Below the pieces are notes generated by a model, which saw only the letters and a program-made list of their open reading frames with translations, searched no databases and had not been told where the DNA came from. This document shows, piece after piece, positions 19,452 to 30,732 of a stretch of DNA of 64,000 nucleotides; position 1 is the first letter of the stretch, and every line of letters starts with the position of its first letter. Source of the stretch: an uncultured Gemmatimonadales bacterium (GTDB taxonomy: Bacteria; Gemmatimonadota; Gemmatimonadetes; Gemmatimonadales; GWC2-71-9); the NCBI GenBank assembly GCA_963695555.1, contig CAVOGR010000007.1:544001-608000 (forward strand). Reading direction: 5' to 3'. The translations under genes were made by a program, and so were the position numbers.

Positions 19452-20403
19452 TTACTCCAAGGGAATCCGGTCCTTGTTCCGCTCCAGCCAAACCTTAAAT
19501 GTCTGGAGTCCGGGATGGAGCTCCCGGGCCAGCGTCAGGTCGCGCGCACCGCAGAAGTCGGCCTCGAAGTCCCGGTAGTACTGGAACATGTTGCCCAGGT
19601 CTTCCGCGCCGGGAAACCCAAAGCTGCGATACACATCGGGCGGTACGTCGTTGTAGCGCACCTCCTGTCCCAGGGCCTTCGTCAGGGCCGCGGCCATCTG
19701 CGCTCCGGTGGGGAATTCACCCGCAATGCCCAGCGTCTTCCCGATCAACTCCCGGCCGCGCTTGAAGATGCCGTAGGCACAGCCGCCGATGTCTTCTGCG
19801 GCGATCCCCGGCAGCTTCTTATCACCCATCGGGAAGCGTAATGGCCAGCTTCCCGTCGGGTCCCTTCTTCGGTCCCATGCCGAAGTGGATCAGATTGTCC
19901 CAGTAGAAACTGGTGTGCAACAACGTCGTCGGAACGCCGGCCTCGGTGAAGAACGCGTTGGCTTCGCCCTTGGCATCGAAGTGCGGCACCTTGTACTTGC
20001 CCATGAGGGTGGGCATCCGGTCGTCGCTCAGCGGAACCTTGAGCCGCGTGTCTTCGAGGGTCGACCAGATGACGTGCTGGAGCCCCGCTTGCTTGGCCGC
20101 CTGGGCCATGTTCCGGGCGTGGGCCATCTCCTTCTCGGGCGAGAAGTGATCCCAGAAGAACGTGACGCAGAAGGCGCCGTAGGCGCCGGCGAATGCCTTC
20201 TCGAGGCTCGCGACGTCGTCCACGTCACCCGCCACCACTTGGGCGCCGAGCGCCGCCAATTCTTTTGCCTTATCCGAATTGGCATTTCGCGTGATCGCAC
20301 GCACGGTGAAGCCGCCGTTCGGGTCGTTCATGATGGCGCGGACCAGTCCGCCGCCCTGTGCCCCCGTGGCACCCACCACCGCGATGATCTTCTTATCCGT
20401 CAT
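19452..20403 (-). CDS. NmrA/HSCARG family NAD(P)-binding protein (1-nt frameshift at ~19832)
   Basis: VVGATGAQGG, VPHFDAK. The two ORF halves join as ITLP/MGDKKLP if one C is removed. Confidence 0.9.
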
Positions 20404-20452
20404 TGTACCTCTCCTCTGTTTCGTGTCGTATGGCAGCTTTGACGCACTTCCC

Positions 20453-22504
20453 CTACGGTTGCGCGCTCTCCACCCGCACCGTGTTCACGTCCACCATGAG
20501 CTCGGCCAGCCGTTCGGCGATGTCGTCCGGCATGGTCTCCTGATAGCGACCACCCAGGTGCTTTGCCAGGAACTGTTCCAGGGCAGCCGCCACGGCGATG
20601 CGGTTCTCGCGCCCCGCAAAGCCGTGTCCCTCGTCGGGAGCCAGCATGTAGCTGACCTCGCGCCCCAAGTCACGGAGCGCCACCACGATCTGCTCGGATT
20701 CGCGCTTGTTGACCCTCGGGTCGTTCGCGCCCTGGATGATCAACAGCGGCAGCCGTGATCTGTTCCGCCGAGAAGAGCGGCGACTGTGCGACCAGGCGGG
20801 CGTGGTCCTCCGGGTCGTCCGGGTTGCCCAGCCGGACGTCGAAGATGGCCTTGATCGGTTTCCAGTACGGCGGAATGGCGGCCAACAGGGTCAGGAGGTT
20901 CGACGGTCCCACGTAGGAGACGCCTGCGGCATAGAGTTCCGGCGTGAAGGTCACTCCGGCCAGTGTGGCGTAGCCGCCGTAGGATCCGCCGAAGATCCCG
21001 ACGTGGTCGGGGTCGATGTCTCTGCTCGGCGATCAGGTACCGGATGCCGTCGGTGATGTCGTGCTGCATCGCCCCGGTGCCCCATTCGTTGTTCCCGGCA
21101 TTGAGGAACGACTTCCCGTAGCCGGTCGAGCCGCGGAAGTTGGGCTGGAACACGGCATAGCCACGATTGGCCAGAAACTGGGCGTACGCATCATAGCCCC
21201 ACTGGTCGCGGGCCCAGGGACCGCCGTGGGGAAAGACGACCACTGCCACCTTCTGACCCTCGACGTTCTTGGGGAGGGTGAGGTAGCCGGGCACCTCGAG
21301 TCCGTCACGGGTCCGGTAGCGGACCGGCCGCATGGAGGCGAGGTGTTCGCTGGGAAGGTTGGGCCGCGAACTATAGAGGAACTCGACGCTCTCGTCCTGG
21401 CGGTTGTACAGGTAGGCCGAGCCTGGGTCCACGTCGCGTGAGACGTAGACGATCCACCGATCCTCGTCTTCGGTGGACGAGGTGAACGACAGCTCGCCTT
21501 CCGGGAGTTTCTCCCGGAGTACCTCCAGGTCGCGTTCCACTCGGGTGTTCTTCGGGTAGATGCGCACCCGGTCACCGACGTACACGGTGGCGATCAGGTC
21601 GTCGGTGACGTCCGAGAAGATCGCGTTCTCGAGATCCACCTGCCTCAAGGGATCCGATTCAACGAATTCCTGTTCACCGGTCGCTGGGTTGAACAACACC
21701 AGTCGCGTCAGGTCGACGTCGTCACCTTTGTTAGTGATCATGTACACCCGCTGACCATCCTTGTGGTAGCGCATTGGTCCACATGATTCTTCGTTGCTGC
21801 AGCGGTATACCTCGGTGAGCGTGTCACCATCAACGCGAAAAACCACCGTGTTGCCGTCCTCGTCGATCTTGATCGCCGAGGCGGACGTCGCCCTCGAGGT
21901 CGGCCTGCCAACCGGCAATGCCGTCGTTGTTCTGGATGACTAACGTCACGCTCGCCACTGCTCAGGTCGACGCGATAGACGTCATGAAGCTGGGGATTGC
22001 GGTCGTTGAGCCCCACGAGGATCTGACCCGGCGTCCTTCCGGTACCGCCACGATTCGAGCCTGAACGCCCTCGTACGGCGTCAGGTCGAGGGCCGGCGGC
22101 ACCCGGTGGCGGGCTCGGGTGCCACGCGAGGGTTCAATGGCGTAGACATGGAGGTTCTCATCGCCGTCCTTGTCCTGCACGTACAGGAGGTAGCGGCTGT
22201 CCTGGCTCCAGAAGTAGCCCCGCACCGGCCGCGTGGAGTCGGCACTCACGGGCTTGGCTGCGTCGAACGGTTCGCCGCTGCCCTTGACCCAGATGTTCAT
22301 CACGCCCCGGTACGGCTTGCGGAACGAAATGAACTCGCCGTTGGGTGAGATCTGGGCGCCGGCGATTTCGGGGTCGCCGAAGAACACCTGCCGGTCGATG
22401 AGCGGCGGGAGCTGGTCGAGGTAGCCGGCCTGCGCCTGAAGGGCCTGAGGGGCGGCGATGGCCACGAGTCCGAGGATGAGCATGAGAGAGCGGATGCGGG
22501 ACAT
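20453..22504 (-). CDS. S9 family prolyl oligopeptidase, split by several frameshifts
   Basis: Signal peptide; [17 protein letters not shown], nucleophile motif [11 protein letters not shown] (~20961-20999), GANDPRV, DEGHGF, spread over five ORF pieces. Confidence 0.88.
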
Positions 22505-22911
22505 GGGGCCTCCGGGGCCGGACAGGGACAGGACAGGGATAACCGGGATAGGGTATCCTCAGGCAGGACTAGACGCTAGTACCGTGTCGCAGGCAGCTGA
22601 TTGCTGACCGCCGACTCCTTCCTACACACAACCCACTACGCACTACGCACCAATCCATCAGTGCTCACGGTCGGCGGGAGATGCTCAGGGCCAGCGGCGC
22701 ACCCGAGCGCATATGCGCTTCACTTATCGCCGAATTTCATCGATGCGCTTCCGGCCCCGGGTGGCTTCGAGGTCTCCAAGCTTCACCTCGTCGGGTCGGA
22801 CAACCAGGTTCGGGAATCCTTCCGGCTGTCCCCTGCCTGAGGGCCGCTGCCCTGCTTACTCGAGGGGTCCGGCGGAAGGCGGGGGGAACTCAGCCATCGC
22901 GGTCGCGCGCT

Positions 22912-24669
22912 TCAGTCTTCTCCCGCCTGCCGTTCCGCCTCGATCCAGCCTTCGATCTTCGTTTTGAGCATGGACAGGGTCACGGTACCGTCCTCGATGA
23001 CCCGGTCGTGAAACGCACGGACGTCGAATCGGTCGCCGAGGGCTAACTCCGCCTCTGCCCGTAGTTCCTGGATCAGCAGGCTTCCAGTCAAATACGCCGT
23101 GGCCTGCCCTGGCACCGCGATGTACCGGCTGACTTCGGATTCGACGCCTGCCTTGGACTCGGCCGTATTGGCCAGCATGTAGTCGACCGCATCCTGCCGG
23201 CTCCATCCCAGCGCGTGCATGCCGGGGTCAACGACCAGTCGTGCGGCCCGGAATGCTTCGTTCGACAGCATGCCGAGCCGGTCGATGTCGGCCGCGTAGA
23301 GCCCGGCCTCGTCGGCGAGTCGCTCGGAGTAGAGCGCCCACCCCTCGCCGAGTCCCGAACTGAAGAAGTACTTGAGTACGGGATGGACGCCCGGGCCCTC
23401 GAGCCCCACATACACCTGCATGTGATGCCCCGGATAAGTCTCGTGAAACGTCGTGGCCTCGAAGCCGCCGGCCCGGTTCAGATCTCGGGGGTCGTGGATA
23501 CCGAACTCGTACGTCCCCGGCGTGCTCCCGTCGGCCGCTCCGGCAGAGTAGAAACCACCGCCGGTAATCTGCATGAAATCCGGGTACGGTTTGAGGGCCA
23601 CCTCAGCCTTGGGCACGAACCCGAACCACTCCGGCATGGCCGCCTTGGCCCGATCCACGGCGTCCTGTGCGAACTGGACGATCTCTTCCTGCGTCTCGAA
23701 GCTGTACGCCGGATCGGCTTTCACCCGTCGCAGCAGGACCTGCAGATCGCCCGTCCCGAAGCTCCGTAGGCCTATTTCGCGCATCTCGTTCTGAATCCGT
23801 TTCATCTCCCGCAACCCGGTCTGGTGGATCTCTTCCGGGGTGAGCGGCAGGGTCGCGTGGAACAGGACCGACGCCAGGTAGCAGTCGCGGCCGCCGGGAT
23901 CCGACGTCACGGCGATCGCTTCCCGGGCCGTCGCCAGGTACTCGTCGTTCAAGTAGTCCCGGTAGCGCTTTGCGGCGGGCACGATCGCATCCGAAATCGC
24001 GGACTTCAGATCGGCGGCGAACGCGGGATCATCGTCCCGGGTGGCCGGCTCGTAGAACGGCGATTCTTCCGCGGGCACCGAGATGAGGGCATCGATCTGA
24101 CCAATCACGAGCACCACATTGGAGCGTGGGGCGGTAAACCCCTCCGCCACGCCGACGCGCAGGTTGCCGATTTCCGTGTCGATGTAGCGCGCGACGTCGC
24201 GGGCCCGGGCGATGGTGGCCGCGCGTGCGGCAGCCGTGCCCACCGGCTGTTTGGCGAATACGCCGCCGAAGAAGTTCTGCCAGCCGGTCCATGTGGGGCT
24301 GACATTCCACAGGTGCGTCCGGCACACCCGCCGGGCGATCGATGCCTGCAGACGCTCCAACGAAAACGTGTACGGTACCGCGGCCTCCGTTCCGACCAAG
24401 GCACTCGGGTCTATCGCTTGCAGCCGTTCCACCCAGGCGTCCTCGCGGCCCTGCCACGCGTCGATGTTCGCGATGCTGTGGTCGCCCATGCGATCGAGCG
24501 GGGCCGGATAGCCGGTCTCATAGGCGTCTTCGGGATACTCGTCGTAGTACGCGGCGACGTATTCGTCGGCGATCGCAACTGCCTTCGCGACCTCACCGGA
24601 TCCTGCGTCGGGGCGGTTGCAGCCGACGAATGAGCCCACCAATACCGCGACGATCATGGTCCGTCTCAT
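22912..24669 (-). CDS. DUF885 family lipoprotein (putative metallopeptidase)
   Basis: Lipobox FVGC; HETYPGHH, EGWALYSE, RAARLVVDPGMH, PGQATAY. Confidence 0.9.
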   Translation of the reverse strand: MRRTMIVAVLVGSFVGCNRPDAGSGEVAKAVAIADEYVAAYYDEYPEDAYETGYPAPLDRMGDHSIANIDAWQGREDAWVERLQAIDPSALVGTEAAVPYTFSLERLQASIARRVCRTHLWNVSPTWTGWQNFFGGVFAKQPVGTAAARAATIARARDVARYIDTEIGNLRVGVAEGFTAPRSNVVLVIGQIDALISVPAEESPFYEPATRDDDPAFAADLKSAISDAIVPAAKRYRDYLNDEYLATAREAIAVTSDPGGRDCYLASVLFHATLPLTPEEIHQTGLREMKRIQNEMREIGLRSFGTGDLQVLLRRVKADPAYSFETQEEIVQFAQDAVDRAKAAMPEWFGFVPKAEVALKPYPDFMQITGGGFYSAGAADGSTPGTYEFGIHDPRDLNRAGGFEATTFHETYPGHHMQVYVGLEGPGVHPVLKYFFSSGLGEGWALYSERLADEAGLYAADIDRLGMLSNEAFRAARLVVDPGMHALGWSRQDAVDYMLANTAESKAGVESEVSRYIAVPGQATAYLTGSLLIQELRAEAELALGDRFDVRAFHDRVIEDGTVTLSMLKTKIEGWIEAERQAGED

Positions 24670-24781
24670 ACAACCTCCGAAGAAGAGCAGAGGAAATGCT
24701 CAGAGCCACCGTCGCACCCGAACGCGATAGGCATTCCACCTGTGGGGTGCCTGCCCGAAATGCTGGTCGGCTTCCACGATG

Positions 24782-25162
24782 CTACGTACTTGGACATCCA
24801 GTAGCAAAGCACACGACCACTAATCCGACAAGGAGCCCGAGTACGCCGAGGGGCACGGCCTTGAAGACGACGGGGCTCCCGGGGTCCCAGGTCGCGGCGG
24901 CGGCGATATCGGACAACGGGATGTGGACCGTCGAGTCGCTGCGGACCTTGCCTCGAGGCGTGCGGAAAATACCCACGACGCTGCTGTCAACAATGACCGG
25001 ATCGACCAGGATGACCGTCGAACTGTCGTGCCGGGTCACCATGAGTTGTGTGGGTTGAGCGCCGACGATGTCCGGAATCGGTCGGGTCTGGGCTTCCCAG
25101 TGCGCGCAGGCAGCCACGAGGAGAAGTAGACAAACGAGCCGAGTCAGGTGAAGCGGTCGCAT
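24782..25162 (-). CDS. Hypothetical lipoprotein with C-terminal TM
   Basis: Lipobox VAAC; GGAGG RBS. Confidence 0.65.
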   Translation of the reverse strand: MRPLHLTRLVCLLLLVAACAHWEAQTRPIPDIVGAQPTQLMVTRHDSSTVILVDPVIVDSSVVGIFRTPRGKVRSDSTVHIPLSDIAAAATWDPGSPVVFKAVPLGVLGLLVGLVVVCFATGCPST

Positions 25163-25276
25163 AGATGCCTCCGGTGCGTTGCTGTCCTACCTTGACCCAA
25201 GCCCGTCCCCTAAGCGTGACCTCGGCTTTCACTTCTGGGATACGCTCCCCCAGAGCTCGAGGTCTTCGGGATTCCG

Positions 25277-25834
25277 CTACCGCCCCACCCACTCCCGCCG
25301 CAAGAGACCCAGCATGACCGAGTCCTGAATCTCGCCGGCCAAGTGATACCGCTCCCGCAGGAATCCTTCCCGTCGGAAGCCGAGCCGCTCGAGCAGTCGG
25401 AGCGAGGGCTCGTTCCGCGGATCGACGTCGGCCTCGAGCCGGTGCAACTCCAGGTCCTCGAAGGCATACGCGATGAGCCGCGCCACGGCCTCACTGGCGT
25501 ACCCCTTTCCCCACGCCGACTTGGCGAGGGCGAATCCCACGCCGGCGCGGCGGTGCTCGCGCTCGATCCAGGCCAAGGTCACGGTGCCGATCACCGTATC
25601 GGTATCGGCCAGGGCGATGCCCCATTGATAGAGGTTGCCACGTGCGAAGTAGTCGTGGATCTCTTGCAGGAGTGCCTTGGCCGCGGCCAGATCGGTGAGC
25701 GGCGCTGAGCTCCAGTACCGCATGACCGCGGGGTCCGCGAAGACCTGGTGGAGCGCATCCACGTCACGCTCCTCCAGCCAGCGGAGTCGGAGCCGATCGG
25801 TTTCGAGCGTGGGCAGGCGGGCCGGTGGCGTCAC
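25277..25834 (-). CDS. GNAT acetyltransferase, RimJ/RimL type
   Basis: LETDRLRLR, WGKGYASEA, N..S.RLLERLGFRREG. Confidence 0.92.
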   Translation of the reverse strand: MTPPARLPTLETDRLRLRWLEERDVDALHQVFADPAVMRYWSSAPLTDLAAAKALLQEIHDYFARGNLYQWGIALADTDTVIGTVTLAWIEREHRRAGVGFALAKSAWGKGYASEAVARLIAYAFEDLELHRLEADVDPRNEPSLRLLERLGFRREGFLRERYHLAGEIQDSVMLGLLRREWVGR

Positions 25835-26934
25835 TAAGGCTTTCGGGCAATGTGATACAAGAGAATATGCTCCTCGCCCTTCGGATCCTCAGTCGCGCCG
25901 AGGATATAGTCGGTGCCAACTTCAAACACCGTGACGTCAACGGGCAGGCGCAGCTCTCCGATCCTCTTGCCGTTCGGATCGACCACCTGGATCTCGGTGA
26001 CCCCATCTCCCAGAGCGGAAGTCACGGCGTAGAGCGCTCCACTCGTGTCGGTCAGGAGGTTGCGGTATGCCGGCAGGTACTCGGGCATCGGGATCTTCCG
26101 CAGATACTCTCTCGCCGGCTCTCGGTCCGACTCACTCCGCAGGCTGGTCACCAATTCCTCGATTGCAGCCTCGTAGTTGCTTTCTGAAGGGGCGCGTCGT
26201 GCCCTGCCAAGCCGAAAGGTGTCGAGTGGCTCGCCGGCGAGGGAATAGGCAGCGACAAGAGCGGCATCGCCAGCGCCGACGTAGACACGCTCATGCGACA
26301 TGGCGATCTTCGTGACGCTTCCAAGCGGACGACTCTCTCCCAGTCCGATTTCTCCTAGGCTGCCAACGCTATCACCCCGTGCGTTGGTTAGGTCCACGAT
26401 ACCTCGCGCCAAGGGTGCCCGCGCGGACGGCGCATGCCGACTCACGAGGGTCGTCAGGGCAAAGTCGCCGTGGAGACTGCAGACGACATCGTCGGGATTG
26501 CCTCGCGGCCGATATTGCCTGACCAATTCTCCGGCCGAATCTAGTACTACCATTTGCCCCTGCATGCGATCCCACACAAATAGCGTGTCCCGGGAGCACT
26601 GCTGTATCGAGGCAAGACTGGTGTACTCTCCAGGTCCCTTCCCCCGGTGACCGCTCTCTCTCACGAATCGACCGGACGAGTCCAAGAACAGGATTCTCGA
26701 GTCGGCACGATCCGCGACGGCTATCGAGCCGTTCGACAGTCGAGTCGCGTCCACAACGCTACCGATCACCAACCCATCCACCCCCGTCGCAACGATGTCG
26801 AGAGCGGGCATTGGGTCGATCGTGAGGGCGCCGGTCGCGGTCGCAGTGTGTTCGGATGGATGCTCCGGCGATTCCTCCGCACAGGCAAGGCCGAGGAGGA
26901 AGAGCGGCAAGCTGAGGAGGGTCCTAGCCCTCAT
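25834..26934 (-). CDS. 6-bladed beta-propeller lipoprotein
   Basis: Lipobox GLAC; G.RGKGPGEY motif; repeated beta-blades. Confidence 0.8.
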   Translation of the reverse strand: MRARTLLSLPLFLLGLACAEESPEHPSEHTATATGALTIDPMPALDIVATGVDGLVIGSVVDATRLSNGSIAVADRADSRILFLDSSGRFVRESGHRGKGPGEYTSLASIQQCSRDTLFVWDRMQGQMVVLDSAGELVRQYRPRGNPDDVVCSLHGDFALTTLVSRHAPSARAPLARGIVDLTNARGDSVGSLGEIGLGESRPLGSVTKIAMSHERVYVGAGDAALVAAYSLAGEPLDTFRLGRARRAPSESNYEAAIEELVTSLRSESDREPAREYLRKIPMPEYLPAYRNLLTDTSGALYAVTSALGDGVTEIQVVDPNGKRIGELRLPVDVTVFEVGTDYILGATEDPKGEEHILLYHIARKP

Positions 26935-26976
26935 CGCTGTCCAGCTGTCGAAACCCGAGTGACTCGGGGTTCCACG

Positions 26977-27993
26977 TCAGGTCTCGGTCTCGTCCGACGG
27001 ATTCTTGAGCCGTTCCATGTGTTCTTCGATGCCCTTGGGGACCAGGAGGTCGTCCGCGATCTGGGCCACTTCCTCGGCAGCCCGCCATGCCATTTCCAGA
27101 TCGAGCAGCTCGCCCGCGAGCGCCCGGCGCTCCTGCTCCTCGTGGAGCGCCATCTCGAGCGCCAACTTGGTGGGCTTGGGCAGCCGGCTGATGAGCCCCT
27201 GCTTCTTCTGCTTCACGCCGTCATGGAGATCGCGCCGCTGCATGTCGAGCGGCACCCGTTCGAGGTAGCCCATCGGGTCGCCCACCGTCTCGATCAGGCC
27301 CACCGCGTCCGCCACGGTCTGCTTGGAGCCGGCCATGTAGTTCATCTTGGGCAGCATGAGGCCGGCGATGCGCATGGCCTCCGGGCCGGTCAGAATTTCC
27401 TCGCCCTTCTTGTGCTTCAAGGCCAGGGTCCACTCCTCGGACGACGGATCGACCAGGAGTTTCGACTTGTCCATCTCGGTCTTGGTGACCTTGAGCTTCC
27501 GGCCATCCTGGGTGGTCACGTCGATCTTGATGTTCGAATTGATGATGGCCTGGGGCAGGCCGCCGAAGGCACCCACCGTGACTCCGGCCGCGGCGGCTCC
27601 CGCAAAGACCGCGACGCCCACCGCCACACCGGCGGTGGTCCAGATGATGGCGCGCTTCCGCCGCCGGCCGAACTGGTCGCCGTAACGCCAGGCCGCGAAC
27701 TCCGGCCTGAGCGGCTCGCCGATCCGCACCAGCACCAGGCCTTCCTTGAGCTTGGCGAGGCCCACGTTGTCGGTGGACATGCGGAGCCGACACTCGCGGA
27801 ACTGCCGTTCGCACTCCTCGATGGCCTCCCAGCGCTCCTCGAGCGGGGTCAGGTTCCAGCGCTCGCACTTCCGGCACACCACCCAAAGCCGGCCCTTGGC
27901 GCCGTCGAACGCCAGGCGCCGGCCAACGGGGAAGGGCTCGATGGCCTCGTTCTGCCCCAGCGGGCGGTTACAGAAGATGCAGGTGGTGAACAC
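26977..27993 (-). CDS. Conserved hypothetical protein with N-terminal Zn-finger and central TM
   Basis: CIFC...CRKC, TM segment, C-terminal LALEMALHEEQERRAL..AEEVAQIADDLL. Confidence 0.8.
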   Translation of the reverse strand: MFTTCIFCNRPLGQNEAIEPFPVGRRLAFDGAKGRLWVVCRKCERWNLTPLEERWEAIEECERQFRECRLRMSTDNVGLAKLKEGLVLVRIGEPLRPEFAAWRYGDQFGRRRKRAIIWTTAGVAVGVAVFAGAAAAGVTVGAFGGLPQAIINSNIKIDVTTQDGRKLKVTKTEMDKSKLLVDPSSEEWTLALKHKKGEEILTGPEAMRIAGLMLPKMNYMAGSKQTVADAVGLIETVGDPMGYLERVPLDMQRRDLHDGVKQKKQGLISRLPKPTKLALEMALHEEQERRALAGELLDLEMAWRAAEEVAQIADDLLVPKGIEEHMERLKNPSDETET

Positions 27994-28222
27994 GGCTCGT
28001 TGGCGCTCCGGATTGTGTGCTCAGTGCCCTTGGATCCCGCCCTTCACGGTACGGCAGCCGCTCCCAGTGCGTTTCAGCGTGATATCGGACCAGCTGCCAC
28101 CATTTCTTGTGACTTTTCTCACGGAACTATCAGGCTGTTTGTCGTTAATTGTAGTCTCGTGAAAAGTATGCTGATGCCCGACCATTTGAAGAGATGAGAA
28201 TGACTCACGGCTACGCGGGAGA

Positions 28223-28900
28223 ATGGCCATGCGAGACACGATGAAACGCACGATCGCTTTGCCCGGCGCAGTGATCGCCGCCGCAATGCTCGTCGCTCCG
28301 GTCCACGCTCAGGACGCGGGCCTGGCCATCCACGTGGGCAGCATGGGCGTCGGGGTCGATGCCGCGGTGATGGTGCATTCGAAGGTGGGGCTTCGGGCCG
28401 GCGGCAACTTCTTTCCGTTCGACATCAACTTCAATTCGTCGGATATCGATTACAGTCTGGACCTGCCGTCACCCCAGTTCCTGCTGGTGGCCGATCTCTA
28501 TCCGACGGGTGGCTTCCGGGTGAGCGGCGGGCTCATGATCTCGACCACCAGTTTCGACTTGACCGGAGAGCTGGACGGACCGGTGGACATCGGCGGAGCG
28601 ACCTACACGCCGGCCGAGGTGGGCAACCTGACCGGCACGCTCGAGACCCGCGACGTGTCGCCCTACATCGGGCTCGGCTTCGGCAATCCGGCCACTAGCC
28701 GCGTGGGGTTCTTTGTCGAACTCGGCGTGGCATTCCATGGGAACCCAAAGGCCAGCGCGACGGCCGACGGTCCAATAGCCTCGGCGCCGGGCTTCCAGCA
28801 GGACCTCGACCAGGAGATCCAGGACATTACGGACGACGTCGAGAACTTCATCGTCTATCCGGTCCTGTCGATCGGCGTCTCGATCGGGCTCGGCCGCTAG
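28223..28900 (+). CDS. Outer-membrane beta-barrel-like protein
   Basis: Signal peptide; alternating beta strands; PYIGLGFG and terminal YPVLSIGVSIGL. Confidence 0.75.
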   Translation: MAMRDTMKRTIALPGAVIAAAMLVAPVHAQDAGLAIHVGSMGVGVDAAVMVHSKVGLRAGGNFFPFDINFNSSDIDYSLDLPSPQFLLVADLYPTGGFRVSGGLMISTTSFDLTGELDGPVDIGGATYTPAEVGNLTGTLETRDVSPYIGLGFGNPATSRVGFFVELGVAFHGNPKASATADGPIASAPGFQQDLDQEIQDITDDVENFIVYPVLSIGVSIGLGR

Positions 28901-28924
28901 GGCGGCGTCCCGCCCGCCGAGGTC

Positions 28925-29299
28925 TTATTGCGCTTCGGTGCAGGTCGGGTCGGTGAACCGGACCACCGTGGCCGTGAGCGTGCCGCGGGGCACGTCGCCC
29001 GCCTCCTGCGAACCCCGGAAGTCGATCAGGGCGTCGCCCTCCATGTCTCGGGCCTGGGCCCGGAGTGCTGCCAACCGCACTGCGGGTTCCCCGTCATCGC
29101 TCGAGATCACCTTGCCCAGCTCGGCGTAGGGACAGACGGGCATGTTGTGGGCGTAGACCAGAATGGGCCGCGGCGGGGCGGCTTCGATTGGAGCGGCTTG
29201 GTCGGTGTCGGCGGCGCGGGTATCGGCCTTGCAGCCGGCCAGAAGGAGTGCTGGGGCTGCAGCGAGGCCTAGCATCCACAAGACGGCTCTCGATCGCAT
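28925..29299 (-). CDS. Hypothetical lipoprotein
   Basis: Lipobox LAGC; GAGG RBS. Confidence 0.7.
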   Translation of the reverse strand: MRSRAVLWMLGLAAAPALLLAGCKADTRAADTDQAAPIEAAPPRPILVYAHNMPVCPYAELGKVISSDDGEPAVRLAALRAQARDMEGDALIDFRGSQEAGDVPRGTLTATVVRFTDPTCTEAQ

Positions 29300-29369
29300 A
29301 GATACCTCTCCTTTGAACATCCCCTCACGCCAAGCTACCGGCCTGGGCCGTGGCGGACAACGACCAAAG

Positions 29370-29397
29370 ACCCTCCCGGAGGTATCTCCGGGAGGGT
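29370..29397 (-). terminator. Terminator hairpin
   Basis: ACCCTCCCGGAG-GTAT-CTCCGGGAGGGT, followed by CTTT on the minus strand. Confidence 0.65.
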
Positions 29398-29429
29398 TCG
29401 ACGATGACTCGATTGTGTCCTAGGGCTTC

Positions 29430-29669
29430 TTACGCCGCGGTGCTGCCTTCCTCGATTGCGGCGGGGTGCTCCCGGAACACCAGGTAGTCGGCCCGAAGCG
29501 AGGTGAAGCAGGTGCCGGTCTTGAGCCGGGCCACCCGCTTGTCCGCCATGTCGACCCGGCGGGTCCGGGTGCCTTCCCAGAGTGGTTCCACGTCGTACCA
29601 CGCTCCGGTCTTCAGGTGGGGAAACCGATGACGCCATTCGGGCTTGATCCGGGCCTGAAAGTTCGGCAT
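29430..29669 (-). CDS. Small hypothetical protein
   Basis: High-GC3 codon usage; GGAG RBS. Confidence 0.55.
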   Translation of the reverse strand: MPNFQARIKPEWRHRFPHLKTGAWYDVEPLWEGTRTRRVDMADKRVARLKTGTCFTSLRADYLVFREHPAAIEEGSTAA

Positions 29670-29795
29670 AGGTCGTACTCCGCAGGATGGTGCAACTGGT
29701 TGCATGTCGATCGGGCTATGTGGGACGGCGGACGTTCAAAGTACCACCCTGGCGCACCCCGGTTCCGTGAGCCGCGTCACGTCGGCGGGACGGGT

Positions 29796-30690
29796 TCACC
29801 CCCCGGCCGTACCGCCCCCCAACACCCGGTTCAGCACTCCGGCCAACCGGATCCCGCCCTGCAGCAATCGTCGCTCCATGACCGGTGTCATGGCGTTGGC
29901 GTAATCCCAGCCGAGCTCGGGTATCGTGTCCGCTCCCGCCAACCGGACCGGGGCGTAGACTTGATCCAGCAGGGCACGCGATTCCGCGATCCAGTCGAGG
30001 GCGCGCGAGTGAGTCCACGCGACGATCTCCTCCGGCGAGGCGAAGTCGAGAAAATCGACGTATTCGGTATAGCTCAGACCCTGGTGTTCGAGCAGCAGGT
30101 AATCCCAGACGCCGTGCAGGTTGGCGCGCGCGCCGAGCCAGCGGACCGCGATGTCGTTCCCGCCGCGATCGGAGCCGTAGCCGGCGTGGAGCGGCTGGTG
30201 GGCGTCGCCGATGAAGTGGACCAGGAACTTGAGCGCCGTGGCTCGCTCTTCGCGCGAGCGGGTCGTGTCGCCGAGGACGCGTTCCTGGAACCGTAGGGCC
30301 TGGATCAGGTCCTCGGGCGTGTCGGACTCGGGCTCGGCGTATGCCTGCTCCCGCGGGAATGTTCACGTAGTGCCAGCTGGAGGTGTGCCGCCCTTCGGGG
30401 GTGCCGCGATACCAGTCCGCCCAGTTGGCGACGTACGCCAGCGGGTAGTGGCCGATGAGCTCGGCGATGCGGTGGCGGGTGACCGGCAGCAGGTGGCGCT
30501 CGGCGATGGCGGCCACGATGCGGTGGCCGTTCATGCCCCACGCTATCGGTGCGGGCCGATATACAGCAGCCTCGGCGCGCGGCACGGTCGATTGAAGAGC
30601 GACCGGCACCGCGAACAGCGTCGCGATCACGAGCAAAACGCGCCAGGTCGGTCGTGAGTGCTTTGGTGAATCTATGTGATGCGTCCCCAT
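29796..30690 (-). CDS. S1/P1 nuclease (frameshift at ~30350)
   Basis: WGMNGHRIVA, WAD, WHYVN, then in the shifted frame LKFLVHFIGDAHQPLH, DRGGN, NLHGVWD, GGIRLAGVLN. Confidence 0.9.
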
Positions 30691-30732
30691 ATCTTCGCAC
30701 CTCATCAGGGTGATTCCGGGTGCTACCCTCGG

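Noticed and set aside
20453..22504. Programmed frameshifting or a true pseudogene in the S9 peptidase
   Set aside because: There is no slippery-site pattern, the catalytic triad is intact, and the indels match the window-wide error pattern.
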